Of a DNA stretch of 64,000 nt, positions 11,611-23,690 are shown piece by piece. The position numbers and the translations under genes were made by a program. This DNA comes from Felis catus (Eukaryota). The notes below the pieces were generated by a model, which worked only from the letters and a program-made list of their open reading frames with translations, had not been told where the DNA came from and searched no databases. Location: contig NC_058368.1 in NCBI RefSeq assembly GCF_018350175.1, positions 127,288,001 through 127,352,000 on the forward strand. Direction: 5' to 3'. Within the stretch, counting starts at the first letter, position 1. Every line of letters starts with the position of its first letter.

Positions 11611-14600
11611 CTACATACTAGAAGGTGTGGCCCCTCTCCTTTAAGTGCTGCTTGTCAGAGATCATTCTCTGAGGTGACTGAGCTATATCATTGTGTCAGA
11701 ATTTAATAAAACATCCTGATTTCACAAAACATCAGTTACAGAGATAGAGGCTCTGTCTCTTATTTAATTATCGTCACCAACAAACTGCTTAAAAGAAAAA
11801 CAAAACTAGCACAACTTATTATTTTCATAGTTAATAATGGCCTGTGCCACGAATCAATGTTCCTGCAATATACTGCATTCTTGCTGCAATTCCTGCAATA
11901 TACTGATTCTTGCTAATAAGATGCATTCTGCACTCCCACCCATAGAGGGCACTACTTTCTTATTGCTGCCTTCTGTTGCGGGTAACAATAACAAACAAAA
12001 CACACAGAACCCTTCCTCAGTCTCATCGGGGAGTTGATCCAAGAACTAGTTCTGAATGTTACAGAATACAAAGCAGAATCTCTTTAGTGAAAACTCCCGA
12101 GCCTGAGTGGACTGTAGCATCCTTTATCTAGAATCTGTAGACCTGGTATACCTTCATTTTCACTATTTAGTCTTTGAACTATTTTTACTTACTAATGCAA
12201 AATGAGAAGCTGGTTTCTTTTTTCTTTTCTTTTTTTTTTCATAAAATGTTTTTATTGCATTCTAATATTTTTTTGCTTTTGACATTTAGAAATCTTGATT
12301 TCACTTATAGGATGTTCTGGCATATTTGAAAGGATGAAACAGTGCTTCACAGGAGTATATCAAATTTCATACTATATCCAAAGAGATGCTTTTTCCAGAC
12401 TAAGGTGCTCTACCACTAAGGGAAAAAAATAGTCATAATACCAGCAAACTGTGAACTGACCTCAATATTAATACTTATATTCATCAAAGGCTAAATGGAA
12501 ATGGATTTATGTTTCATATTTGCAGTTGAACCTGGACTGCGATTTTAGAAGATTTTCTACATGTCTGTCGTGGCATGTAAGCATTCATTTCGTATTGCTT
12601 ACAAAAGTGAAAAGACAATGAATACTCAATCAAAGAAGTGAATAGAGTTGGCCAGAGCTAGGAGACTTTGGGGTAGAGGTCAGTGCAATACTTTTTAAAA
12701 TATCTCCCACGTTTTAAAACATAAAAGTGGAGTAAAGATGAAATATTAACTGACACAGGGCACAAGGCGGCACAAAGCAGCACAAATAGCTTTAAAGGCT
12801 TCTGTAAATCCCAAGGATCATTCTAAGACTCACATCCCTCCACACTCCTCCAAATCATGTTATTCGCTTCTTTTCCCTTTTCAATTGCCCAAGTGGCAAC
12901 AGCTACAAAATGCATCATCCAAAGGAAGATGGTTAGAACGGCCTGAAGAATATAAAGTGACATGCCGTTTGGCTCTGACTGTTGCCTTTTTCTAGTAGCA
13001 CACAGAGTGTTGTCTCCCTTTCCTCATTTTTTGGTGGTATACAGAACACATATTATAGGTCTAAAGCCATCACAAGTAGCAAGCTTCCAGAGGTAGCCAC
13101 ACTGTTCAAAATAATTTGTTTACAGTACAGATTTCATTTTTGTATTTATGAAAAAAAGGCTAAAAACATTTGTTAAAAATATTTATGTTAAAAAATCATA
13201 ACTTGCTTTATTCCACATGAAAATGGTTTAATACACACATAGTAACTAGGGATATAATGCAAGTATCCCTACCAGAGACAGGTCAGACAGCAGGGACATA
13301 AGGAAAACAGACAAGGAGAAGGGAAGGGCTACTTTAAAAAAAAAAATTGCACATTCTTTTAATTCTGCATATTCTCTTTGAAAGCACAACATTTTATTAG
13401 GCTCAAATTAAACAGGCTTTGTTCAAGTTTAGCCAGTTAAACTACAAAGATTAAGTAAATATAAACCTAAAGCAAATATGCATGCGTGTTTACTGAAGCA
13501 TCCAATGCCAATCTCATTAGTGAAAATCATACCAAGAACACACATGACTGCAAGCCAAAGCCATGCAGTGTTTTTCATATACAAAGGCTGATTTTATACT
13601 GGAAACAGGAAAGGAGAAAGAGCCAAAAAGCTGGAAGAGAGATGTGCCACGGTCAACCCGGCTCCCAAACCAAGATGGTTTTCATATGCTGTAAATCATT
13701 TCCCCAAAGGCAATAGCCCATTTCACTTGCTGACACTGCACTTGAACAGCTTGCCTGACAAATAGCTTTCTCATTAGCTTTCAAAGACATATCTTATCTG
13801 CGCCCTTCCTCTCCTGCAAATGCATGAATATAACCTTTCTGTCACCTTGACTTTTCATTTCCCCTTCAAATAGGAATCTTATGAATTGTTTTGACAGGTC
13901 ATATAAGTCTTTGAACACAAGTCACAAAACCTGTCTTTTCATATGCTTTAAAAATTAAGATTATAAACCAGTTCCATATTTTCACACTAATGCCTACCTG
14001 AAACCTATGCTGAAGACAGCAGGCTAGCCATACTAGGCCTCATTAAAGGGTTAATATTTCAAAAAATGATTGAAAAATTACTGGAGGCTGAATATTCCTA
14101 CTTGTTAACAGCTTAAAAGAAACAGAAAGAACTGTGACTAAAATGCTCTCAACATACATGGAAAATAAAGACTAAAAGCAGACTGTAGGAGGATTATTTT
14201 CTTGCTCACATGAAGCTTCCTCCACACCTCTTAGTCCCACCAGGCACTTAAATAGGAGTGCATTTAATCTAGCAACAAGAACATAGGTCGTCTTGTCAGA
14301 GACAGATACATTCATGCCCCTTAATCTACTCATATCTAGTTTGAATTACTCTATTTTCTCATGAACAAAAAAAATGGAGGTGTGGAGGGAAATATAGGAA
14401 GGAAGGTGGGGGGGCTAGGGAGGAAGGAAGGAAGGAAGAAAGGCAGGCAGACAGACTTAGAAGAAAACCTGGAATATGGTATATATAGAATAGATTGTGT
14501 TTGTTAAAGTGATTAAGGGAAAAATTAGTTCAAAGCACAAAATTAGTACAAAATTGGTCTAAAAATAGTCCAAAGGGTAAAACTTTAGACTTTTTAAGTA

Positions 14601-14646
14601 AGGATAAAATTCTGTGAAGAGTCTGATAACCCCTGTTGTGTTTAAA

Positions 14647-14668
14647 TTTTTTTTTAATGTTTATTTTT

Positions 14669-14700
<32 letters not shown>

Positions 14701-14868
14701 ATGAGTGGGGGAGGGGCAGAGAGAGAGAGGGAAACACAGAATCCCAAGCAGGCTCCAGGCTCTGAGCTGTCAGCACAGAGCCCAACGCGGGGCTCGAACT
14801 CATGGACCATGAGATCATGACCTGAGCTGAAGCTGGCCTCTCAACCGACTGAGCCACCCAGGCGCCCC
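14647..14868 (-). mobile_element. CAN-SINE
   Basis: TSD acccctg(t/c)tgtgtttaaa at 14629-14646 and 14869-14886. Confidence 0.97.
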
Positions 14869-15345
14869 ACCCCTGCTGTGTTTAAAACTAGATTCTCATA
14901 AAAGAAATTTGTGAAACACAGGCAAGTTGACCTAACTTGGAAGGACTCTTTTTAGGCCTTTGTATATGGTCTCTGATCTGACATATAAATAAACTCCAAG
15001 CTAAACCTCTTCCCTGACAAGTGATTACCTACCAATACTTTGGAATTAGCCACTTAAGAACATGCATCCCTTCACTGCTACTTGTCCCAGAGTGAGAGTG
15101 CTTCCTTACAAGCTATACAAGTCCATACTATGAAGAGTTGGTTCTGCTGGTTCATTACTTGTGGAAAGTGCACTTTGGGAATTCTTTACTCTCTCTTGTT
15201 TCCTCTTTAGCTTCTTAATGAAGATATTCTCAAGAGTGTTCTAGGTCTTTCATTTTATCACATAAACTAGCACAGCAAACTAATTTACACTCGTGTTTTT
15301 AACTACATAATGTCTCCCACATATTCAGTTCAGACCCTAATTTCT

Positions 15346-15406
15346 CTTTTTTAAGTTTCTATATTTATTTTTGAGGAAGAGAGAGAGCATACATGAGTGT
15401 GAGAGG

Positions 15407-15454
<48 letters not shown>

Positions 15455-15575
15455 CCCAAGCAGGCTCTGCACTATTACTGCAGAGCTGATGCAGGGCTCA
15501 ACCTCAAAAACTAAGAGATCATGATCTGAGCTGAACTCAGAGTCCAATGCTTTGACTGAGCCATCCAGTGTCCCA
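15346..15575 (-). mobile_element. CAN-SINE (first of a tandem pair)
   Basis: Antisense body with (GA)n; flanked by cagaccctaatttct and cagaccctactttct. Confidence 0.93.
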
Positions 15576-15590
15576 CAGACCCTACTTTCT

Positions 15591-15791
15591 TTTTTTTTTT
15601 ATGTTTATTTATTTTGAGACCTAGAAGAGTGAGTAGGGGAGTGGCAAAGAGACAGGGAGACAGAATCCCAAACAGGCTCTGTGCTGTCAGTGTAGAGCCT
15701 GATGTGGGGCTCGCACCCACAAACCATGAGACCATGACCTGAGCCAAATCAAGAATTGCACGCCTAAATGACTGAGCCATCCAGGCCCCCC
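15591..15791 (-). mobile_element. CAN-SINE (second of a tandem pair)
   Basis: Antisense body; flanked by accctactttct and accctattttct. Confidence 0.93.
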
Positions 15792-15879
15792 AACCCTATT
15801 TTCTAATCAAAGCTGTGTTCTTTACTTTCCAGTGGTCAGAGAAGAAACGTCACATAATTCAGCATGTTATTATAATAAT

Positions 15880-16905
15880 ACATGCACTTTCACCAGGAAT
15901 TTTTGAACAAACAGATATGCACTAATAATTACATCTAAAGCCTATAATTAGTTGTGCTAGTTAGAAGATCATAGCCAATGCCTGATCACTCCATCAAACC
16001 TGCCAATGACACCTTTCCTTTCTCTGGCAAATGGTCAAAAAGACTTGGTCAGAATTCTTATTTATTTTGCAAAGACAAGAATTTCTTGCTTGTTGTAGCT
16101 ACCTTCTCAAAATTCTTCTGCTTTAACCAAAAGACCTCTGTGCTAGGGCTTTTCAATGTCCAAATTTCCAGATGTTATTATTCCTCACAATGGATCTGCA
16201 TTGATTTCATATGTGTTTAAGAAATCTGTGAAGCCAGAGCTCATCCAACCTGTCACTATCACTACTCATCACCCTCCAGCAAATGGTCAGGCTGAAATAA
16301 CAGTGCAGCCCACTAAGGACACCCTAAAGTGAGCTGTGAGAGGAAAATGACCAATAAGATTTGCCAAGTTTCTCATCACTCAACATGTCACTCCAAGTGG
16401 GACAAGAGGAGTCAGTTCTGCTGAATTAAAAAACAAAAAACAAAAAACAAAAACAGAGCAATTCTGTAATTGTTCCTTTGACAGTTTCCATGCAGAGCTT
16501 ACCTTAGAATTGAGATAGACTAGAATGTATTGTGGATGTTGTAACATTCTTAATTTAATTTTTCCATTGAAGTTGGTCTTGACTGAGAATTTTATTTATA
16601 GATTTCTTAAATGTTTAAGAAACATTTAAGTGGGGGTGAGTGGGGGTGGGTCAGAGAGAGAGGGTGAGAGGGAATCCCAAGCAGGCTCTGTGCTTTCAGC
16701 ACAGAGCTAAGCAAGGCTTAATCCCACAAACTGTGAGATCGTGACCTACACTAAAATCAAGAGCTGACTGCTTTACCTACTGAGCCACCCAGGTGCCCCT
16801 TGCCAGAGAATTTTAAAGTTAAATAGAGAGGGACATGTTCCTACATAATTGAAATCACAGTGGATGTGATATTTTAAGGGCTAGACTATAGATCACCTAG
16901 GGTGA
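15880..16905 (+). mobile_element. Decayed Ty3/Gypsy LTR-retrotransposon pol (integrase) fragment
   Basis: My translation across frameshifts and stops: HALSPGI (15881), W-S-RILIYFA (16046), NFLLVVATFSKF, then from 16165 FPDVIIPHNGSALISYVFKKSVKPELIQPVTITTHHPPANGQAEITVQPTKDTLK*AVRGK*PIRFAKFLITQHVTPSGTRGVSSAEL, later FDSFHAEL and TIDHL. The order is colinear with Gypsy integrase motifs HPGI, WSRIHIDFA, FLIVVDAFSKW, SDNG, YHPxSNGxAERxVQTxK, TPHxxTGxSPAEL, LDxLHP, HIDxL. Confidence 0.85.
16595..16799 (-). mobile_element. CAN-SINE inserted in the Gypsy fossil
   Basis: Antisense body; gagaatttta repeat at 16585-16594 and 16806-16815. Confidence 0.93.
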
Positions 16906-17400
16906 AATAATACTAATAAGAACAATTTAGTGTTATGGTCAGTTTTGTTTTTAAAATCCTGGTTCTATTTTATTTCTTTTGAGTTTATTATAGGCCATTG
17001 TGTACCTGCTTATTTTAAGTTCAGGTTCATTATATAATACAGTTCCCCTGTAGTTTTTTTTTTTTTTTTCACCAAAAATATGAGTTAAGGCCTTTTCTCC
17101 TACTTAAATGTAATCAGATCTCTAAAAAGTTAGGAAAAAAGGAGGGAGTCCAGAAAAGAAAAACATCATAATGTGTCTACCAAATATTCTTAGCTTTTCT
17201 CTTTCTGGACACATGGTAGGATTGTAGCCTTCATTTCACCCTCCAATCAGTGTGGAGCACTGTGCCTTAAACTACAAGTTAGATTGGCAAAGCAGGAACC
17301 CTAAGTTGCAAAGCAGGAATTCTAACCAGGATGTTAGTTAGAATTAACTTCAAAAGTTTGTAGAAAGTGTCTTGGAGGGGCTGAGAATTCTCAATTTTCT

Positions 17401-17620
17401 TTTTTTTTAAATTTTTTAATGTTTATTTATTATTGAGAGACAGAGAGACACAGAGCGTGAGCAGGGGAGGGGTGGGGGGGGGGGGATACAGAATCTGAAA
17501 TAGGCTCCAGGCTCTGAGCTGTCAGCACAGTGCCTGATGCAGGGCTCAAACCCACAAACTGTGAGATCATGACCTGAGCCAAAGTCGGTCGCCCAACCAA
17601 CTGAGCCACCCAGGTGCCCC
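17401..17620 (-). mobile_element. CAN-SINE
   Basis: Full body; TSD tcaattttct on both sides. Confidence 0.96.
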
Positions 17621-18319
17621 TCAATTTTCTATCTTATCTCTAAGGTCTACTCATGTCTTCCTCTGAAAAGACAAACAAAGAAAGTTTGGCTTAGCCTCCT
17701 ACACATTGCTTTTTTGACACAATGCTTTTTGTTTAGTTTTTTTGTTTGTTTGCTTGTTTGTTTTTTGTTTTTTGTGTTTTGTTTTTTTTGGACTGCCACA
17801 ATCTGAGATTTCCAGGTACATCAGCTATGGAGCTCAGCTTGCTGATCACCAGTCCACATGCCTCAATGTCCCCAGGCTTCTAGGGTGTTCCCACTGGCCA
17901 CCCAAGCTCAAAAGGAAATTACAGGACAGGAAAGTCCTTTAAAAACAGTCTTTTTCACCCTACATTTCTGTTTCCATTTTATCATTAAAACTACAAAATA
18001 AAGTTCTATGATGAATGTGTAAAGTATCCAAACTACATACTTTTCAAAAACTTCACCATGTCACGGAAAGAAACAAAGCAAGGCTCACAAAGCCTTGGTT
18101 ATGTATGTCATAGTGTAGAGAATGAATGAGAAGTAGGAATTTCTTCCTAGCAACCTATTATTCCTCTTTTCCCTCCATTTTATGGATAAAATGGTAAAAT
18201 TAAAATCTAAGTTCTATTTCTGGCTATGATAAAATATTTAAAAACAACAACAACAACACTCCAATCAAGAACATATAGTTGTTAAAAAAAAAAAAAGACA
18301 AAATGTAATATAATGTGAT

Positions 18320-18522
18320 AAAAGGCAGGATTTTGGTTACTCTTGTGGGGTGAGGTAGAGACTTTGTAACTGAAGTATGGTACCAGAGATTTCTGGAGAC
18401 CTAATAATATTCTATTTCCTGATCTAGATGATAGTTACCTACTATATGTTCATTTTGTGGATATTCATCATGTTGTGCACTTACAATTGGGTGCTTTTAT
18501 GTAGGTTTTATTTCAGTAACAT
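18320..18522 (+). mobile_element. Ancient L1M (L1MC/ME-type) 3' end fragment
   Basis: ggttactcttgtgggg...ttctggag...aatattctatttcctgatctagatgatagttac...ttcatcatgttgtgcactta. Confidence 0.7.
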
Positions 18523-18547
18523 ATTTTTTTTAATGTTAACTAATTGT

Positions 18548-18704
18548 GGGGCACCTGGGTAGCTCAGTCAGTTAAGTGTCTGAGTCTTGATTTCAGCTCA
18601 GGTCATGATCTCACAGTGTGTGGGTTCAAGCCCCACATCGGGCTCTGTGCTGACAGCTCAGAGCCTGGAGCCTGCTTCAGATTTGGTGTCTCCCTCTCTC
18701 TCTG

Positions 18705-18735
<31 letters not shown>

Positions 18736-18756
18736 TTCTGTCTCAAAAATAAACAT

Positions 18757-18797
<41 letters not shown>
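18548..18797 (+). mobile_element. CAN-SINE with (TAAA)n tail
   Basis: TSD gttaact(a/g)attgt at 18535-18547 and 18798-18810. Confidence 0.97.
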
Positions 18798-20764
18798 GTT
18801 AACTGATTGTAGTAAGCCTGGTGACTGCCTGGAAATACACTATTAGCAACATGTAAGCATAAGTATATTTCCTCTGAGGGCCTTAAATTTTGGTCATTTT
18901 GCTGAATGTGTTCAAATTTACCCCCAATGAAATTATTCTCCTCTGGCACTTTTACCTAAGTCTGAGATAAAATAGTCTTTGGCTGGCAAATTCGTGTGTA
19001 ACATAATCTTGTATAAAGCACTGCCCATTGGGCATTGCATTTGCCTCAAATATGGTTTTGGGTTACATACTCTGGAAAACAACATTGCATATAATCTAAT
19101 GTCTATCTCCCCCTACTCCTGTAATTCAACGCAACATCAACCCAACATCAGTTTCATGTTGGAAAAGGAGGATATTTTATATAGAAACCATGTAATCTGT
19201 AATTACAAAATAAATATCCTGTACTACACTTTAAATAGACAAAACTTTGAAATATTGCTTACAAACTACCCTTCTTAATGCATTACAACATGCCATTTTA
19301 GAAGACAATTAAATTAAATCTCAATAAATTTCAACAGCCTACGGACAAATATTCAAAGGTAAGTATAATACATAAAAAAATAACAATAGGACAATCAGTC
19401 TATAAAAACAAGCTAGGGAACAAACACTTCACTATTTTCAAATTCAGTAATTTGAATTTCTATTCACAATTGACAGGGAATTTCTATTCACAATTATAAT
19501 TCTAAGGCAGCAGTAAAAATCGCCTACAGAAATTAAAATTAGAATATTAATTTTGCTTTAGGAAGAAAGAACTTGATAGTGATATTAAGATAAATATTTC
19601 TATAACTTGCTTACTTCACGGAGCAATAGTGGCTACTAAATTGATCTTACATAAAATAATCATGTGAATATATTCACATGATTCAATATCTTTTATTCTT
19701 GAAAAGCAACAAGAGACAGATTATTGATAGTATAAAAACACTAAGGAAAAAGTATGCTCAACAAAACAAATCAGTAAAGGCTAACAGTGTGTATACTATA
19801 ATGAGATGAACAGAAGTGGATTCAGGCAGGTTCAAGTAACAAATTCCTAGAGAATTAAAAATATTGGATTTAGTTTAGAACATGTAGTAATTACCATATA
19901 GGAATATTCATATCTTGTTTTCTTTTAGACATTAGTAAATTTTGCCAGTGTTACTAATTAGAAATGGTAAAAATCTCTGTAAGCACAAAGCTGAGGTTTG
20001 CAGCCAGACAACTTTTTCTCAGATAGATCAAAAACATCTACACTAAATTTTGGAAAAAGATTCCAGAGGCAATGTTGAAATTACCTAAAAGAACAACCTG
20101 TTTTTAAGAACTTAAGTGCCTGTTTATGTGTGAAAAATGGATATGCTAACTATAACATTTTATCTTCTTATTAAATTGGGTACAGGAAGATCTTCTATTT
20201 GACAATACTTTAAAACTCTAAATTAGTTTACTAAATGTTCAAGAAACTGTGGAAAGCAGGTCAGTCATTACAGACTGAAGAGATTAAAAGCTACAGTGTG
20301 TGTGTTTGTGGAACAATTTTACCTGAAATCTATGACTAAGTTATAGAATTCATTTTCTATTTTGAAAGATAATAGATAACATATCTGAGGATTATTTAAA
20401 TGAATTATTTGAATAAATATAAATTCTCAGAACCATCCACTTTATGTAATTAGTTAGGTTTCTCCTGAGCCATATTCAACTGGCAAAATAGTACTTAACA
20501 TATAACCTGCTCAATGGATTCCTTATAAGATTTTAAATTAACCATAGCTATAATACCTTAGTAATAAGGATCTTAAAATGTAAACTTTAATAATGTGCAT
20601 AACAATGTGTGTTCACTCAATCTAACCTCAGTAATTTTTAAATATTTATTGCTCTTGGGTGATGGATATGATGCATCTGAAAAAACAACACAGAAAAAAA
20701 TAATTGATAGAATGGCAAAAATATTCAACACAAAAAACAAAATCATGGACTCAAGAATGACCGT

Positions 20765-20930
20765 TGATGCTCTAAACCCTAACTACATATTAGAGGTAAC
20801 TGGGGAGTTTCCTAATAATCCTGATACCAGGCCTGGTGCTCACAGATTCTGATTCAACTGGCCTGGATTTCTTCATTTGTCAGTGTTCCCCAGGTGATTT
20901 CAAAGCACTTCTAGGGCTGGGAAGACCAAG
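20765..20930. mobile_element. MER5-family MITE remnant
   Basis: cacatattagaggtaactggggag-like start, cagattctgattcaactggcctgg, ttccccaggtgattt. Confidence 0.7.
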
Positions 20931-21091
20931 TCCACAACAACTTTTAGGCAGATACTGTGTACTAAGACCATAGTCTGCCCTTACCAGCTACAGTTAAGTC
21001 TAACAATTCCAGATCAGTATCTAATTACATTTTAGACTAGTTTCCTTTGATCTGTCCTCAGAAGAAAGAGAAATAAAACAATAAAACTTTT

Positions 21092-21303
21092 GGGGCGTCT
21101 GGGTGGCTCAGTGGGTTAAGCGTCTGACCTCAGCTCATGTCCTGATCTTGCAGTTCCTGGGTTTGGGCCCCATGTTGGGCTCTGAGCTGACAGCTCTGAG
21201 CCTGGAGCCTGCTTTGGATTCTGTGTCTTCCCCTCTCTCTGTTCCTCCCCCACTCACAATCTGTCTTTCTCAAAAATAAAGATTGAAAACAAATTTTAAT
21301 AAA
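21092..21303 (+). mobile_element. CAN-SINE
   Basis: ggggcgtctgggtggctcagtgggttaagcgtctgac...ctcaaaaataaa. Confidence 0.95.
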
Positions 21304-21651
21304 GTACTAAAATTCAACTTTCTGTTTACTAATCCTTACATCCTTGATTGTGTTTTCAAGTTCCGCATTTGGAATTTCACCTCGGGTCAGTATATTCAAG
21401 TGTGGACTCATGACCAATGCTAAGGTTGTGAAACAAATGACATGGGGAAAGAATAAGGATGACTTTGTGAAAAAACTTTTTCACAGTTAAATTTGTATAT
21501 CTACGTGTGTGAATGAATACATGTATTCTGATGGGCTCTCAGCCAATTCTCCTTTCAAAAAATTGATACACTTCTATAACTTCATGAAAATTAGTACTTT
21601 ATCCAGTCATAGTTTTAACCAAAGCAGTGCTGAACTAAAAATATTTTCTAA

Positions 21652-21860
21652 GGGGTGCCCAGGTGGCTCAGTAGGTTAAGCATCTGACTCTTGATTTCAG
21701 CTCAGGTCATGATCTCACTGTTCCTAAGATCAGGTCCTGCATCAGGTTCTGCACTGACAGTGTGAACCCTTCTTGGAATTCTCTCTCTCCCTCTCTCTCT
21801 CTCTCTCTGCCCCTCCTCTGCTTGTGCACTCTTCCTTAAAATAAATAAGGTTAAAAAAAT
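21652..21860 (+). mobile_element. CAN-SINE (older)
   Basis: ggggtgcccaggtggctcagtaggttaagcatctgactcttgatttcagctcagg...(CT)n...aaaataaataa. Confidence 0.93.
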
Positions 21861-22329
21861 CTTCTAGTAGAATAACCACGGCATATATCCTGTAAATGCA
21901 GACTTCGGTAGGGAGGCTATACAAACTGATTTCTAATCACTGCTAAGGATTTTCTTCCCTTTTTTCTAAATATTTCACTAATATCTTGCAGCAAAGAAAA
22001 TGGTCTTCCTACTCAGAGGGGACATTTTTGGAAGCTGTGTTTTTAATTCTGTTTTTTTTCAATAGTGAAGATTTTTATAAGTGTGAACACTTCAGTAACA
22101 ATTAAAGGAGAAATTCTCTAAGATTTTTTTCACAAATATTCTAGGAGTTTTTTTAGTTAACTATTCAGTGATATTTTTAAATTTACAAAGTTATCAAAAA
22201 AAGGTGGGATAGTTTATATAGGAGAAAATGGTGTTGCTTTTGGCAATATTATTGTTCAAGCACATGGAAAGTATGCATATCTCTTAAAAAACAAACAAAC
22301 AAACAAACAAACAAAAACAAACCTGTCCT

Positions 22330-22725
22330 TTCAGGATGTATAGTGTTAACAGGGAGATAATGCTTCTCAATGTTCTCTGAAGGGTCTAAGATAAATATTG
22401 TTGGTCAATATCACAGATGACATCCCTTATTTGCTTTCCCACTTTAACCCAACATCTAGGTTCTGGTCCAGTCTAGGGTATTCAAGAACCTTTCTATTTT
22501 TTTTTTTTCATTCATGATGGGCACTATAGTTGTACTATCAGGGTGCATAGCCATGTTGGGTCACTGAGATTCATTAGCAGCAAAGTCAGTGGAATCAACA
22601 TGCTAGGATGGGGTACCTTGTGAAGCTAGGCTTACTTATCATTATGTGATATCATTAAAATCATTTTGTATTACTCCAATAAATCTTTTTACCTGAGCTA
22701 ATTTTAATAGATTTCTGTTCACTCA
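22330..22725 (+). mobile_element. Old MLT1-type LTR remnant (tentative)
   Basis: 3' end ccaataaatctttttacctgagctaattttaatagatttctgttc resembles MLT1 termini; 5' boundary uncertain. Confidence 0.4.
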
Positions 22726-23300
22726 TTTACTTATTGAGCCCTACTGTGTGCCATACTGGTAATAATGATCAACATGGCAAAGTGGCCCCTGCTTTTTTGG
22801 AGTCTACTTCCTCATAAGCAAAGTGCCCTTACTAAAATAATGAAATCATTCTCCTCTCTTGAAATGGACTTAACGTCAAGTTATATATGCTTTGTTGTTT
22901 GCAGAGTAACCAGGACAGCAACCACCAGGATGCACCATGCACATGGTATACTTGAACTCAACAGCTGTTTGTATATCACAGTGTTTGCAGGGACTCTTTT
23001 TCTCCCATTTTACCAGAGGTCCTAAAAAAGCTAAAGACAAAGCAATAGAAGGCAAACAATCCTTGCTAGAGGATCTTGTAGGATTTGCAAAGGTGCAGCT
23101 TTTGTAATCCTTAGCTGACATCCCACATTCAGCTTTTAAAAGAGGCTAGAAGGACCAGTAAAGACACTAGAAATTCAAGACAGGATTTCTTTTGAGAGAG
23201 TTATAGGGATTTTGAGTTTCACCCTTCCATTGGGTTTTAAAGGCACTGGAGGAAAAGACAGTGTTTTCTGACTGTTCATCAGGGTAGTTGTGCTTTACAT

Positions 23301-23505
23301 TATTTTATTTTTTAATGTTTATTTATATTTGAAGCAGAGAGACAGAGCACAAGTGGAGGAGGGGCAAAGAGAGAGGGAGACACAGGATCCAAAACAGGCT
23401 CCAGGTTCTGAGCTGTCAGCACAGAGCCCAACGGGGGGCTCAAAATCATGAGCCATGAGATTATGACCTGAGCTGAAGTCACCGATTGAGCCACCCAGGT
23501 GCCCC
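23301..23505 (-). mobile_element. CAN-SINE
   Basis: Antisense body ending gagccacccaggtgcccc. Confidence 0.95.
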
Positions 23506-23589
23506 GGTAATTGTATTTTCTAATAAATTGAGAAGCAATAGAATGTCAGTTAAAACACATGCACACAGAGACACACACACACAAACCAG

Positions 23590-23690
23590 GAAGTCTAGTC
23601 TGGGATTGACACCAACTAGCTGTGTATCTTTGAATGTATCATTAGCCCCTCTGAGACACACCTGCTTCATCTCTAAAATGGGACTGAATG
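23590..23690 (+). mobile_element. MIR fragment
   Basis: ccaactagctgtgtatctttgaatg...cctctgag...cttcatctctaaaatggg. Confidence 0.65.

Noticed and set aside
15978..16220. 80-aa ORF as a domesticated Gypsy-derived gene
   Set aside because: Only part is in the integrase frame; frameshifts, two stops, lost catalytic Asp residues and a SINE insertion indicate a dead fossil.
19454..19495. 18-bp direct repeat gaatttctattcacaatt with a 6-bp spacer
   Set aside because: A simple local micro-duplication with two copies; not CRISPR-like.
20078..20100. Second minus-strand AG|GT motif (gttgttcttttag|gtaatt)
   Set aside because: Short tract with an upstream AG and a weak donor; far weaker than the 10293 site and expected by chance.
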